Shown: positions 34,701 through 49,109 of the stretch, one piece after another
Layout: each line of letters starts with the position of its first letter
Position numbering within the stretch: position 1 is the stretch's first letter
Assembly (NCBI RefSeq): GCF_009914755.1
Contig: NC_060947.1
Source: the human T2T-CHM13v2.0 reference genome, Homo sapiens
Strand: one strand, 5' to 3'
DNA length: 64,000 nt
Notes under the pieces: model-generated
Database searches by the model: none
What the model saw: the letters and a program-made list of their open reading frames with translations, nothing else
What the model was told of the DNA's origin: nothing
Made by a program: the position numbers and the translations under genes

Positions 34701-37700
34701 AATTAATATTGTCATATCTTATTTCTGAATTGACCCCTTTATCAATATATAGCAACATTTTAAATCTCTTTTTATGGTTTTTGTCTTGAAATCTGTTTTT
34801 TATATAAGTATAGCCACTTCTGCTTTTTTTGGTTTCTATTTGAATGTAATTTCTTTTTCTATCCCTTTATTTTCAGCCTATCTGTGTCTTTAAAGGTGAA
34901 GTGTGTTTCTTGTAGGCAAAAGATCAATGAGTCTGTTTTTTCATCTGATCAGCCAGTTTATTTCTTTTAATTGAAGAGTTTAGTCCATTTACATTCAATG
35001 TTATTATTGATAACATTGAATGTAAAGACTTACTCCTGCCATTTTGTTATTTGTTTTCTTGTTAGTTTATGATCTCTTCCTTCTTTTCTGTCTTAATTTA
35101 GTGAAGGTAATTTTCTTTTGTGATAAGATTCAGTTTCTTGCCTTTTATTTTTTGTGTATCTGTTGTATTTTTTTTGGTTCGAAGTTATCATGAGGCTTAC
35201 AAATAATATCTTATAACCTATTATTTTGAGCTGAGAACAACATAGCAAAATCTGCATAAACAAATATTTAAAAAAAACTAATAAAACCTGTGCATCTTAA
35301 CTTTGTGTAGCTGCTTTTTAACTTTTTGTTGTTTCCATTTATATCTCATTGTACTGCCTATGTCTTTAAAAGTTGTAGTTACTATTTTTAATGGTTTATT
35401 ATTTATTTTTTTCTAATTAAGATAAGAATAATTTACACAGCACAGTTATATGGTTATACCATTCTGTGCTTTTTCTTTATACTATTACCAGTGAAGTTTT
35501 GTATTTTCAGGCAATGACTTACTGCTTATTAATATTTTCTTTTTCCTGATTGAAGTTTTCCCTTCAGCATTTCTTGTAGAACAGGTCTTGTATTAATGAA
35601 ATACCTCAGGTTTTGTTTGTCCTGAAAAGTCTTTATTTCTCCTTCATGTGGGAAGAATATTTTCATTGCATATGCTATTCTAGGCTAAAAGGTTCTTTTG
35701 TTATTGTTGTTTGTTTGTTTGTTTTTGGCCAGCACTTTAAATATTTCATGTTGCTTTCTCCTGGCCTGTACTGTTTCCACTGAAAAGTCTGCTGCAAAAT
35801 GCATTAAAGCTCTGTATGTTATTTGTTTCTTTTATCTTTCTGCTTTTAGAATCCTTTATTCTTGGTCTTTGAAATTTTGATTATTAAATGGCTTGAGGTA
35901 TATTTCTTTGGGTTACATATGCTTGGTGTTCTACAACATTCTTGTATTTAGATATTGACATCTTTCTCTAGGTTTGGAAAATTCTCTGTTATGGTCTATT
36001 AAAATATACTTTCTATTCCTCTCTCTTTCTCTACCTCTTCTTTAAGGCCAATAACTCTTCAATTTGCCCATTTTGAGGCCATTTTCTAGATCTTGTAGGC
36101 ATGATTTGTTGGTTTTTATTCTTGTTTCTTTGTCTTTTGAAACTGCGTATTTTCAAGCAGCCTGTCTTCAAGCTCACTAATTCTTTCTTCTATTTGATCA
36201 GTTCTGCTATTAAAATACTCTGATGCAGTCAGTCTTCAGTATGCCAATTGCATTTTTCATCTCCAGAATTTCTTTTTAATTCTTTGAATTGTTTCAATTC
36301 CTTTGTTAAATTTATTTGATAGAATTCTGAATTACTTCTATTTGTTATCCTGAATTTATTTGAGTTTCTGCATACAGCATTTTTTAATTCTCTGTCTGAA
36401 AAGTCACATATCTTTTTTTCTGCAGGATTGGTCCCTCGTGCCTTATTTATTTTATTTTGTGAGGACATGCTTTCCTGGATGGTGTTGATGCTACTAGATG
36501 TGCTTCAGTGTCTGTGTATTGCAGAATTAGGTATTTATTGTAGTCTTCACCGTATGGGCTTATTTGTACCCATCCTTCCAGGGAAGGCTTTCCAGATACC
36601 TAGAAGAACTTGGGTGCTGTGATCTAAGCTGTATCCAGTTTAGGGGGCACCACAATCCCAGTAACACTATGGGTTTTGCAGACTGTTAGTGATACCACCT
36701 TGTAGATCTTGGACAAAATTCAGAAGAATTTTCTGGATTAACAGACAGAGATTATTGTTATCCTCCCTTTCTTTCCCCTGGCAAAAATAAATGAATAAAT
36801 AAAAATAATAAAGTTTCTCTCTCTGTGGTAAGCCACCTAAAGTTGGGGGTGGAGTGACACCAAGCACCCCTGTGGCCACCACCACTCTGACTGCACTACA
36901 TCAGACCTCAAACTAGCACAGCACTGAGTTTCACTCAAGGCATGCTGTTACCACCCCCTAGCTAGTTCCTATGTTTGCTAGAGGCCCTTGGGCTCTACAA
37001 TTATCAGGTGTCAAAGCCAGCCAAGCCTGTGTCCTTTCTTTCAGGACAACAAGTCCCCCCAGGCCACAGGTGTGCCAGAGGTGCCATTTAGGAGTCAAGG
37101 TCTAGAGTCCAAAACCTTAGAAGTCAACCTGGTATTCTATTGTGCTGTGTCTGAGCTGGCACTCAAACCAAAAGATGCAGTTTCTCCCACTTATCGCTCC
37201 CCTTTTCAAAAGCAGAGGAGCCTCACCCCATACCCCCCAACACCACAGGCCATGGGAAGTGCTGCCAGACCACTGCTGATGTTCCCTTAAGGCCCAAGGG
37301 CTCTTAAGTCAGCTTATGGTGAATACTGCCTAGCCTGGGACTCATCCTTTGGGGCAGTGGGCTCCCCGACCTCTGGCCCAAGGCAGGCTGAGAAATGCCA
37401 TCCAAGGGTAAAGTCTTGATATTAAAGAATACAAGAACCTGCTTGGTGCTCTACCCCACTGTGGCCATGCTGGTACCTAACATGCATGACGATGTCTTCT
37501 TTACTTATCTCTCTTATTTTCTCAAGCAGAGAAGTTTCACTCTGTAGCCACAACAGCTAGTAATGTGCTGATTTTTACCTGAAGCCACCAACTGTCAGAA
37601 GCTGAACCAAGGTCCTCAGTGCAGTAATTGTGTACTGCTGCAGTTATTGAGAGCCCAAAAGGTCTTCAGTTATCAGGTAATGAGTGCTAGCAGGACTGGG

Positions 37701-38587
37701 TTCTTCCTTTTAAGGCAGTGAATTTCCTTCTGGCCTAGGGTGTGTAGAAATATTGTCTGGGAGCAAGGGGCTCAAACAGGGGCCTGTCAACTCTGACCAG
37801 TGCCCTATTTTGCTGCAGCTGAGCTGGTATGTAAGATGTAAGACAATGTCCTCCTCACTCTTCCCTCTCATCTTCTCAGCAGAAGGAAAGGGTCTCTTTT
37901 GGAGCCAGAAGCTGTGCAGCCTGGGGCTAGGGGAAGGGTGTTGATAGCTCTCCATTAGCAAGCCCAGCTGGTGTCTCAGTAGGTCATATTCCCTTCCATT
38001 TCACTGTCTCTGGGCCTGGTTTAGCACTAGGATTCACTTAAGAGTTTCAGTCCTTATGGTCTAGACTGCCTTTCAAGTTTACAAGTTTACTTAGAGACCC
38101 AGAGCACTGTAGCCCTCAGTGGAAGTGTTTGCAGAAACTCAGGTTATGACAACTAGGATCGGTGATTCCTCCCTGGCTAGGGCTGGTTCAAATGCTCCCT
38201 CTGTGGGTAGGCATCAGCTGAGTTTCACCTGGTTTTTCTTTCTTCTCTAATAGCCAGCACTGAGATTAATGCCTCACAGTTTCTGTGCTCTTCCTCTCCC
38301 AGTTTCCAGAGGTGTTCTCAGCACCATGCTGCCATTGCATGGGGGTGGGAGTAGTGAGGGAGGTTTGGCATCAGTGATTCAAGACTTTTTCTACCTCTTC
38401 AGTTTCTCTTTCAGTGATAGGAATTTAACACCAGGAACTACAAGGGTTCACCTGACTTTTGGTTTTTATAAAGATGGTTTGTGTGTGTGTGTGTATGTGT
38501 GTGTGTGTGTAGATAGTTCTTAAATTGGTGTGCATGTTTGATGATTGCTGGAGTCTTCTATTCTGCCATCTTCCCCTACCTCTCCCT
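31765..38587 (-). mobile_element. Near-full-length L1MA-type LINE-1 lacking its extreme 3' end, with an internal ORF2 deletion near 33125
   Basis: 5' end ctattctgccatctt near 38560, long 5'UTR, ORF1 remnant near 35560-36470, ORF2 fragments ([23 protein letters not shown]). Confidence 0.8.
38480..38510. repeat. (TG)n microsatellite
   Basis: Read directly from the sequence. Confidence 0.85.
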
Positions 38588-41517
38588 GTAATATTTCTTA
38601 TATGCCAGGCCTGGTAGCAAATAATTTTCTCAGTTTTTGTATATCTGAAAATGTATTTATTTTTTTCTTCATTTTTGAAAGTTTTGCTGGATATAAGATT
38701 TTTGATTTACAGGGGTATTTTTTTTGTTTAGTTTTGTCTTACTTTCACCATTTTGAATATGTTATTTTACTGCCTTCAGATCTTGGTTTCTGACATCAAG
38801 ACAGCTGTTAATCTTATTTTGGTTCATTTGCATGTGGCAAGTGTTTATTTTCTTGCTGCTTTCAAGATGTTCTCTTAATTGCTGGTTTTAAGTATTCTTA
38901 GTATAATGTTTTTGGGTATAGAGCTCTTTACCTTTGTCTTACATGGAGCTTGCTTTTTTTTTTTTTTTTTGAATGTGTAGATTAATTTTTTAGAGTCAAA
39001 TTTGGGAAGTTTTCAGCCATTTTCTTTTCAAATACTTTTTCTAACACTTTCTTTCTGTTCTCTCTGGGATTCTCACTACACATATGTTGTTGCAGTTAAT
39101 GGTGTCCCACATTTCTATGAGACTCTTTATTTTCTTAATTTTCTTTATTTATATTCTTCAGAATGCATAACCTAGTAATCTATCTTTAAAATTCTTGATT
39201 ATTTCTTCTGCAAGTTAAATTCTTATTTTGGCCTCCTGTGGTAAATTTTTTATTTTGCTTACCATGCTTTTCAACTCAAGGTTTTTTATTTGGTTCATTT
39301 TAATATTGTCTCTTTATTGATGTATTTTTTGATGAGACATTATTATCATACCTTCACTTAATTATTTAAGCATTAGTTTTTGGTTATTTGAACATATGTA
39401 TAGAACCTACTTTTAAGGTTTTGTTTACTAAATTCACCATCTAGGCCCCTTCAAGGGCATGTTCTATTGCCTGCCTTTTTTTTCTTGTGAATGGGTTTCA
39501 CTTTCCTGTTTCTTTGTATGTGTGGGTCTTCTCATTGAAAATTAAATGAATTAATAATATATTGTAGCAATCCTGGATACCTATTCTCCTCCCCTGAATT
39601 TTTTGTTTTATTGTTGGCTTGTTGCTTGTTTGTTTGGTCATTTATTTATTTGTTCTAGATATAACTAAAGTAATTCTGTACAGTATTTCTCTTCCACACT
39701 GTGCAGCTTTTTTGTTCTGGTTCAGACATTTTACTTTTTGTTTAATATTTTGCATTTTACTTTTTGTTTAACAGTTTAGCCTTCCTAACTATGGGTTGCC
39801 CTTGGATTACCATAAGCCACTTATTGGCAAAAGTTTTGTTTAACCCAATTGGCCAATGATATTTTTACCCTTTACCACTGGATGTCTGTTTGGTTTGGAT
39901 GATGCTATTACTTTTTCAAAAATTAAGGTATTTTTGTTCTACATTCAGCCAGGAACCAGTAGCATACACACTCCTTCTCTCATCACTTCTGAGAGAATAA
40001 AACCTTGGTAATGTGCAGTCTTTTAGACTGCCAGAAATTACAGTGTTATTATGCTTAAGACTGACTTTTTCGGATTTGCATCTTGGTCTGAGTAGTTTAT
40101 TCTTCAGTCAGTTTTTGCTCAGAGGTTGTGTTTAAGTCTCTTTTGCTAGTGAGGTTTCAGCCTTTTGTTGATAGGTAGTGTGGCTTTGGTATGCTTTCAA
40201 GTCTGCCCCATATTTTTCTCTGATTTCTTCTGAGTAGTACAGTCCAGAATATATGTACAGCTTTTGCAAAACCCAAAATTGACTGTCTTCCCAGAAGGAC
40301 TCATTTCACCTGTCTTTATTGTCTGATTCTTCCTATTAAGTTTCTGAATGTTCTGACATTTTCCTTGTATTAGAGCTACTGGCCTGCTTTTATTTCTTCT
40401 ACATCAAAATCTCCATTATTTTGATAACACTTTTACCATGGAATTCTCTATTCAATTCAAACTTAAGTCATTTCTTTTTTTTTATTATACTTTAAGTTTT
40501 AGGATACATGTGCGCAACGTTCAGGTTAGTTACATATGTATACATGTGCCATGTTGGTGTGCTGCCCCCATTAACTTGTCATTTAGCATTAGGTATATCT
40601 CCTAATGCTATCCCTCCCCCCTCCCCCCACCCCACAACAAGCCCCGTTGTGTGATGTCCCCCTTCCTGTGTCCATGTGTTCTCATTGTTCAATTCCCACC
40701 TATGAGTGACAACATGCGGTGTTTGGTTTTTTGTCCTTGCGATAGTTTGCTGAGAATGATGGTTTCCAGCTTCATCCATGTCCCTACAAAGGACATGAAC
40801 TCATCATTTTTTATGGCTGCATAGTATTCAATGGTGTATATATGCCACATTTTCTTAATCCAGTCTATCATTGTTGGACAATTGGGTTGGTTCCAAGTCT
40901 TTGCTATTGTGAATAGTGCTGCAATAAACATACGTGTGCATGTGTCTTTATAGCAGCATGATTTATAATCCTTTGGGTGTGTACCCAGTAATGGGATGGC
41001 TGGGTCAAATGGTATTTCTAGTTCTATATCCCTGAGGAATCGCCACACTGTCTTCCACAATGGTTGAACTGTCAGTCAGAACTTGAGAGCTCTCCATACT
41101 AATGAACTGCCTTTCCCCATGGAAAAAAACCTCTGAGGTACTGCATAGGAGCTCATAGTAGTAACCCAATGTTCCCAGAGTATCACCCTCATTCTATGAC
41201 TGGTCTCTTGGAGGATATAGCAAACCCTGGTCTTCTTGGCTTGCTCCTCCTGGTTTAGAACTCTTATTCTATCAGTGACCTGGGGCATAGATAATCAGAG
41301 CCACAGTAATCTTGGCCAGCAACACCAAATTTAGAACTTCCGCCTTATGAAAGTTTCGGATAAAGGAGATCCAGCTTTCTGTGGGAGTACATGGAATAGA
41401 GCTTTTGCAACGCAGGACTGGAAAGAAAGATGAGGAATGCCATTTGTCTGCCTCTCCCAGTATGAAACTGTAATCCAAATAAGAAGCTGGCACAAATAAG
41501 GGCCAGTCATGTTGGAA
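38588..41517 (-). mobile_element. Old L1M ORF1/5'UTR remnant interrupted by the L1PA4 3' end
   Basis: tttgggaagttttcagccatt. The 5'UTR-like aagtca...gagagctctc...ctgcctttcccc...aacctctg continues across the young insert. Confidence 0.55.
40474..41070 (-). mobile_element. 5'-truncated L1PA4/5-like 3' end
   Basis: ORF 40689-41060 is the ORF2p C-terminus; poly-T present; no clear TSD. Confidence 0.9.
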
Positions 41518-44500
41518 GGGCACTTTTTTGGTTCCATATGAAATTTAAAGTAGTTTTTTTTTTCTAATTCTGTGAAAAAAGTCAGTGGTAGGTTAATGGG
41601 GATAGCATTGATTCTATAAATTACTTTGGGAAATATGGCCACTTTCACAATATTAATTCTTCCTATTCATGAGCATGGAATATGTTTCCATTTGTTTGTG
41701 TCCTCTCTTATTTTCTTGAGTGGTGGTTTTAGTTCTCCTAAGAGGTCATTTACATCCTTTGTAAGTTGTATTTTATTCTCTTTGTAGCAATTGTGAATGG
41801 GAGTTCACTCATGGTTTGGCTCTCTGTTTAACTATTATTGGTGTATAGGAATGCTTTTGATATTTGCACATCAATTTTGTGTCCTAAGACTTTGCCAAAG
41901 TTGCTTATCAGCAAAGGAGATTTTGAGTTGAGATCATGGGGTTTTCTAAATATACAGTCATGACATCTGCAAACAGCGACAATTTTACTTCCTCTCTTCC
42001 TATTTGAATACGCTTCCTTTCTTTCTCTTGCCTGATTTCCCTGGACGGAATTTCCAATACTATGTTGAATAGGAGAGGTGAGAGAGAGCATCTTTGTCTT
42101 GTGCCAGTTTTCAAAGGGAATGCTTCCAGCTTTTGCCCATTCAGTATGATATTGGCTGTGGATTTGTCATAAGTAGCTCTTATTATTTTGAGATACACTC
42201 CATCGATACCTAGTTTATTGAGAGTTTTTAGCATGAGGTGTGTTAAATATTATTGAAGGCTTTTTCTGCATCTATTGAGATAGTCATGGGGTTTGTTTCA
42301 TTGGCTCTGTTTATGTGATGGATTACATTTCTTGATTTGTGTATGTTGAACCAGCCTTGCACCCCAGGGATGAAGCCGACTTGACGGTGGTGGATAAGCT
42401 TTTTGATGTGCTGCTAGATTTGGTTTCCCAGTATTTTATGGAGGATTTTTGGATCGATGTCCATCAGGGATATTGGCCTAACATTTTCTTTTTTTTGTTG
42501 TGTCTCTGGCAGGTTTTGGTATCAGGATGATGCTAGCCTCATCAAATGAGTTAGAGAAGAGTCCCCTTTTCTTCTATTGTTTGGAATAGTTTCAGAAGGA
42601 ATGGTACCAACTCCTCTTTATACCTCTGGTAGAATTCAGCTGTGAATCCAACTGGTCCTGGGCTTTTTTCAGTTGATGGGCTATTAATTGCTACCTCAAT
42701 TTCAGAACTTGCTATTAGTCTATTCAGGACTCAACTTCTTTCTGGTTTAGTCTTCAGAGGCTGTATGTTTCCAGCAATTTATAAATTTCTTCTAGATTTT
42801 CTAGTTTATTTGTGTAGAGGTGTTTATAGTATTCTCTGATGGTAGTTTGTATTTCTGTGGGATCAGTGGTGATATCCCCTTTATCATTTTTTATTGTGTC
42901 TATTTGATTCTTCTCTTTTTTCTTATGTATTAGTCTGGCTAGCTTTCTATCTGTTGTGTTAATCTTTCCAAAATCCATCTCCTGGATTCATTGATTTTTT
43001 GGAGGGTTTTTCATGTCTCTATCTCCTTCAGTTCTGCTCCAATCTTAGTTATTTCTTGCCTTCTGCTAGCTTTTGAATTTGTTTGCTCTTGCTTCTCTAG
43101 TTCTTTTAATTGTGATGTTAGGTTGTTGATTTTAAATCTTTGTTGCTTTTTCCTGTGGGCATTTAGTGCTATAAATTTCCCTCTAAACACTGCTTTAGCT
43201 GTGCCCCAGAAATTCTGGTACATTGTGTTTTTGTTCTCATTGGTTTCAAAGAACATCTTTATTTCTTCCTTAATTTAGTTATTTACCCAGTAGTCATTCA
43301 CGAGCAGGTTGTTCAGTTTCCACGTAGTTGTGCGGTTTTGAGTGAGATTCTTAATCCTGAGTTCTAATTTGATTGAACTGTGGTCTGAGAAACTGTTTGT
43401 TATAATTTCCATTCTTTTGCATTTGCTGAGGAGTGTTTTACTTTCAATTATGTGGTCAATTTTAGATTAATTGTGATGTGGTGCTGAGAAGAATGTATAT
43501 TCTGTTGATTTGGGGTGGAGAGTTTTGTAGATGTCTGTTAGGTCTGCTTGGTCCAGAGCTGAGTTCAAGTCTGGAATATCCTTGTTAATTTTCTGTCTTG
43601 TTGATCTGTCTAATATTGACAGTGGGGTGTTAAAATCTCCCACTATTATTGTGTGGAAGTCTGTCTCTTTGTAGGTCTCTAAGAACTTGCTTTATAAATC
43701 TGGGTGCTCCTGGATTGAGTGCATATATATTAAGGATAGTTAGCTCTTCTTGTTGCATTGATCCCTTTACCATTATGTAATGCTTTCCTTTGTCTTTTTT
43801 ATCTTTGTTGGTTTAAAATCTGTTTTATCAGAGACTAAGATTACAATCCTGCCTTTTTTTTTTTTTTGCTTTGCATTTGCTTGGTAGATCTTCCTCCATC
43901 CCTGTATTTTGAGCCTATGTGTGTCTTTGCATGTGAGATGGGTCTTCTGAATACAGCACACCGATGGGTCTTGAGGTCTTGACTCTTTATCCAATTTGCC
44001 AGTCTATATCATTTAATTGGGGCATTTAGCCTGTTTACATTTAAGGTTAATATTATTATGTGTGAATTTGATCCTGTCATTATGATGCTAGCTGATTATT
44101 TTGCCCGTTAGTTGATGCAGTTTCTTCATAGTGTCAATGGTCTTTACAATTTGGTATGTTTTTTCAGTGGCTGATACTGGTCTTTCCTTTCTATATTTAG
44201 TGCTTTCTTCAGGAGCTCTTGTAAGGCAGGCTTGGTGGTGACAAAATCTCTCAGCATTTGCTTGTCTGTAAAGGATCTAATTTCTCCTTCACTTATAAAG
44301 CTTAGTTTAGCTGGATATGAAATTCTGGGTTGAAAATTATTTTCTTTCAGAATGTTGAATATTGGTCCCCACTCTCTTCTGCTTTGAAGGTTTTCTGACA
44401 AGAGATCTGCTGTTAGTCCAATGGGCTTCCTGTTGTGGGTAATGAGACCTGTCTATCTGGCTGCCCTTAACATTTTTTCCTTCATTCCAACCTTGGTGAA

Positions 44501-46511
44501 TCTGATGATTACGTGTCTTGGGGTTGCTCTTCTCGAGGAGTATCTTTGTAGTGTTTGTAGTGTTATCTCTATTTCCTGAATTTGAATGTTGGCCTGTCTT
44601 GGTAGGTTGGGAAAGTTCTCCTGGATAATATCCTGGAGTTGTTCCAACTTTGTTCAGTCGACCATTCTCCCCGTCACTTTCAGGTACACCAATTAAATAT
44701 AGATTTGGTCTTTTCACAAAGTTCCGTATTTCTTGGAGGCTTTGTTCTTTCCTTTTTATTCTTTTTTTTTCTAATCTTGTCTTCATGCTTTATTTCATTA
44801 AGTTCATCTTTAATCTCTGATATCCTTTCTTCCACTTGATCGATTCGGCTATTGATACTTGTGTATCCTTCATGAAGTTCTCACACTGTGTTTTTCAGCT
44901 CCATCAGGTCCTTTAGGTTCTTCTCTAAACAGGATCTTCTAGTTAGCAATTCCTCTAACCTTTTTTCAAGGTTCTTACCTTCCTTGCATGGGGTTAGAAC
45001 ATGCTCCATTAGCTTGGAGGAGTTTGTTATTACCCACCTTCTGAAGCTTACTTCTGTCAATTCATCAAACTCGTTTTCTGTTTAGTTTTGTTCTCTTGCT
45101 GGTGAGGAGTTGTGATCCTTTGGAGGAGAAGAAGCATTCTGTTTTTTGGATTTTTTAGCCTTTTGCACTGTTTTTTTCACATCTTCTTGGATTTAGCTAC
45201 CTTTGGTCTTTGATGCTGGTGACCTTCAAATAGGGTTTTTATGTGGTCGTCCTCTTTGTTGATGTTGATGCTATTCATTTCTGTTTTTTAGTTTTCCTGC
45301 CTCTCTGCTGCAGATCTGCTGGAGTTTGTAGGAGATCCACTCCAGACCCTGTTTGCCTGGGTGTCACGAGAGGAGGCTGCAGAACAGAAAAGATTGCTGC
45401 CTGTTCCTTCCTCTGGAAGCTTCGTCCCAGAGGGGCACCTGCCAGATGCCAGCCAGAGCTCTCCTGTATGAAGTGTCTGTCAACCCCTGCTGGGAGGTGT
45501 CTCCCAGTCAGGAGGCATGGGGGTCAGGGACCCACTTGAGGAGGCAGTCTGTCCCCTAGCAGAGCTCGAGTGCTGTGCTGGGAGATATTCTGGTCTCTTC
45601 AGAGCCGGCAGGCAGGAACATTTAAGTCTGCTGAAGCTGCACCCACAGCCGCCCCTTCCCCCAGGTGCTCTGTTCTAGGGAGATGGGAGTTTTATCTGTA
45701 AGATCCTGATTGAGGCTGCTGCCTTTCTTTCAGAGATGCCCTTCCTTGAGAGGAGAAATCTAGAGAGGCAGTCTGGCTACAGAGGCTTTGCTGAGCTGTG
45801 ATGGGCTCCACCCCATTTGAAATTCCTGGCGGCTTTGTTTACACTGTGAGGGGAAAAATGCCTACTCAAGTCTCAGTAATGGCAGACACCCCTCCCTCCA
45901 CCATGCTCGAGAGTCCCAGGTGGACTTCAGACTGCTGTGCTGGCAGCGAAAATTTCAAGCCAGTGGATATCAGATTGCTGGGCTCCATATGGGTGGGATC
46001 CACTGAGCTAGACCTCTTGGCTCCCTGACTTCAGCCCCCTTTCCAGCGGAATGAACGCTTCTATCTTACTGGCATTTCATGTGCTACTGGGGTGTAAAAA
46101 AACTCCTGCAGCTAGCTTGGTGTCTGCCCAAAAGGCCGCCCAGTTTTGTGCTTGAAACCCAGGGCCTTGGTGGTGTAGGCACCCAAGGAAATCTCCTGGT
46201 CTGCGGATTTTGAAGACCATGGGAAATGCGTAGTATTTGATCTGGAATGCACCAATCCTCACGGCACACTCCTTCATGGCTTTTCTTGGCTAGGGGAGGG
46301 AGTCTCCCGACCCCTTGAACTTCCCGGGTGATGTGGTGCCCCACCCTGATTTTGCTCACCCTCCAAGAGGGCTGCACTCACTGTCTAACCAATCCCAATG
46401 AGACAAGCCATGTACCTCAGTTAGAAATGCAGAAATCAACTGCCTTCTGCCTTGACCTTGCTGGGAGCTGCAGACTGGAGCTGTTCCTATTCAGCCATCT
46501 TGCCAGCCACC
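41518..46511 (-). mobile_element. L1PA7-like LINE-1 with intact 5' end, missing about 1.5 kb of its 3' end
   Basis: cagccatcttgccagcc 5' end; long 5'UTR; ORF1 ATG at 45182 immediately followed by TGA; ORF2 ATG at 44080; many frameshifts. Confidence 0.9.
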
Positions 46512-46599
46512 TGAAGTCTTACTTTTAAAACACTTATATAATTTTTATTAATGAATATAAACTTAAATTTTAAAACTTAAGATCCAATGTGATAATGAT

Positions 46600-47130
46600 A
46601 GAGTAAAACAACTTTATACACTACTAACTGGAGTGCAAATTGATTCAACTTTTTTAGAAAGTAATTTGGTAATATGTGGTAAAATTACTCAGAAATTCCA
46701 CTTTTACAATTTATCCTGAGGAAATTATCAGTGTTGTGCACAAAGATTTATATAAAAGATAATCCTTACAAAATCATTTATAATTGGTAACTAATTTGAA
46801 ACAACATAAAAGTACCAGATTAGGGGATTTAAAAAATAACATGATACAATCATCTGTTAGAACACCATGTTGTCATTATATATTATATTTTATAATATTT
46901 TATGATAAACAAAATTCTCATGATTAAACATTGAGTGAAAAATCAGGGTAAAATAATACAAATATAAAAGGATTCCAGTTATGTCTCTTACCCTCTTATG
47001 TGCATACACTCACACAATTGACTAGAATGATCTAAAATAAAATGTTAATTGTACTTCATATAATAGGATTAGTGGTAATTTTTATTTCCCTTTTTATGCT
47101 TTGCTGTGTGCTTAAAATTTTCTCCAAATA
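46600..47130 (+). mobile_element. L1ME-type 3' end remnant
   Basis: gaaattccactt ... atttatcctgagg ... gtgcacaaagattta ... ttgagtgaaaaa. Confidence 0.5.
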
Positions 47131-47134
47131 ATAA

Positions 47135-47507
<373 letters not shown>

Positions 47508-47739
47508 CATGGCTATTACTTTTTCTGAATATTGACATTTTATATTATTTAAAATGACAATATTTATGTAACATAGTATTATGCATTCAAAAGCACATAT
47601 TTTAGATAAATATATATATTTAATTTTTAATTGAAAATAATTGTACATATTCATGGGGTACATAGTGGTGTTTCAATGCATATAATATATAGTGATCAGA
47701 TCAAGGTAATTAGCATATTCATCATCTCAAACATGTATT

Positions 47740-48038
47740 ATTATTATTATTGTTTTTGAGACAGTGTCTTGCTCTGTTACCCAGGCTGTAGTGCAGTTGT
47801 GCTATCTTGGCTCACTGGAATCTCTGCCTCCCAGGTTCAAGCAATTATCTAGCCTCAGCCTCCCGAGTAGCTGGGACTAGAGGTACTCACCACCATGCCT
47901 GACTAATTTTTGCATTTTTAGTAGAAGCGGGGTTTCCCATGTTGGCCAGGCTGGTCTTGAACTCCTGACCTCAAATGATCCAACCACCTCAGGCCCCCAA
48001 AGTGCTGGGATTACAGAAGTGAGCCAAAGTGCCCAGCC
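47740..48038 (-). mobile_element. AluS
   Basis: TSD tcaaac(at)gtatta; (TTA)n-type tail. Confidence 0.9.
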
Positions 48039-48133
48039 TCAAACGTATTATTTTTTATGCTGGGAATGTTCAATATCCTCCTTCTGTCTATTTAAAACTA
48101 TGTAATACATTGTTGTTAACTATAGTCATCCTA

Positions 48134-48499
48134 CCATTTTGCCATTGAAAGTAATGGCAGACTGGAAACCATCATTCTCAGCAAACTATCAGAATAACAG
48201 AAAACCAAACACTGCATGTTCTCACTCATAAATGGGAGTTGAACAATGGGAACACATGGACACAGGGAGGGGAACATCACATACCGGGGCCTGTTGGGGG
48301 ATGGGAGGCTAGGGGAGGGATAGCATTGGGAGAAATACCTAATGTAGATGACGACTTGATGGGTGCAACAAACCACCATGGCACATGTATACCTATGTAA
48401 CTAACCTGCACATTCTGCACATGTATCCCAGAACTTAAAGTATAATTTTAAAAAAAGAAAGTAATGGCAGAAACCACAATCACTTTTGCACCAACCTAA
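48134..48499. mobile_element. MADE1 (left end lost), split by an L1
   Basis: ttttgccattgaaagtaatggcaga ... aaccacaatcacttttgcaccaacctaa. Confidence 0.85.
48162..48456 (+). mobile_element. L1PA7-like 3' end
   Basis: Perfect 15-bp TSD gaaagtaatggcaga (48147-48161, 48457-48471). Confidence 0.92.
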
Positions 48500-49109
48500 T
48501 ATTTCTTCTATCTAGCTGTAATTATGTATTCTTTAACAAATTTCTCCTTATCTCCTCCTTTCCCCTACCTTTCCCAGCCTTTAGTGTCCTCTGTTCTACT
48601 TTTTACTTAAATGAGATTAACTTTGTTTTTTTTTAATAGAGTGTACTTGGTATAAAATACATAGCTCTGTACAAATGCAAGTTCATGAGGTTGTCACTTA
48701 TTGAAAACAAATGATATCTGTTTTAAATACAATCCTTGATTTTCTCAAATCATGTTGATTCCATGTGTCTTGTCAAAAGGTATTTTAGAACCACAAAAAC
48801 AGAAGTTTGTAAGTTATGCCAATCTTGGTGTTATCTCTATCTCTTCGACTGATTATCTGATTTCCTGGGCAATGCAACCCTGGCACATCATTGATCACTC
48901 ATGAAATAAGAGAGATTTTTGAATTGGCAGAGATATTTACCTATAATCTCAGAAGTCCCCTGAAGCTGAAATAATTTCTGAAGCTTGAAGCATGACGAAT
49001 TACTTTTATTGCATATATAACATGGAGAGAGTGGAAAATAACTTATATGAAATGATGTCACAGAACACTGTTGAAAGGTCTATTGTTTTGTTTACTATGG
49101 TAGTCATCC

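Larger units (their letters stand above)
47620..48630 (-). mobile_element. L1MA4/5-like 3' end hosting an Alu, a MADE1 and an L1PA7
   Basis: ataattgtacatattcatggggtacatagtg ... gttaactatagtcatcc ... aaatgagattaac. Confidence 0.8.

Noticed and set aside
40474-46511. A single 6-kb L1 with an internal substitution
   Set aside because: The 3' piece is L1PA4/5-like and the 5' piece is L1PA7-like. The 450 bp between them looks like a continuation of the old L1M. The putative TSDs (cttaagtcatttctttt versus ctgaagtcttactttt) differ too much.
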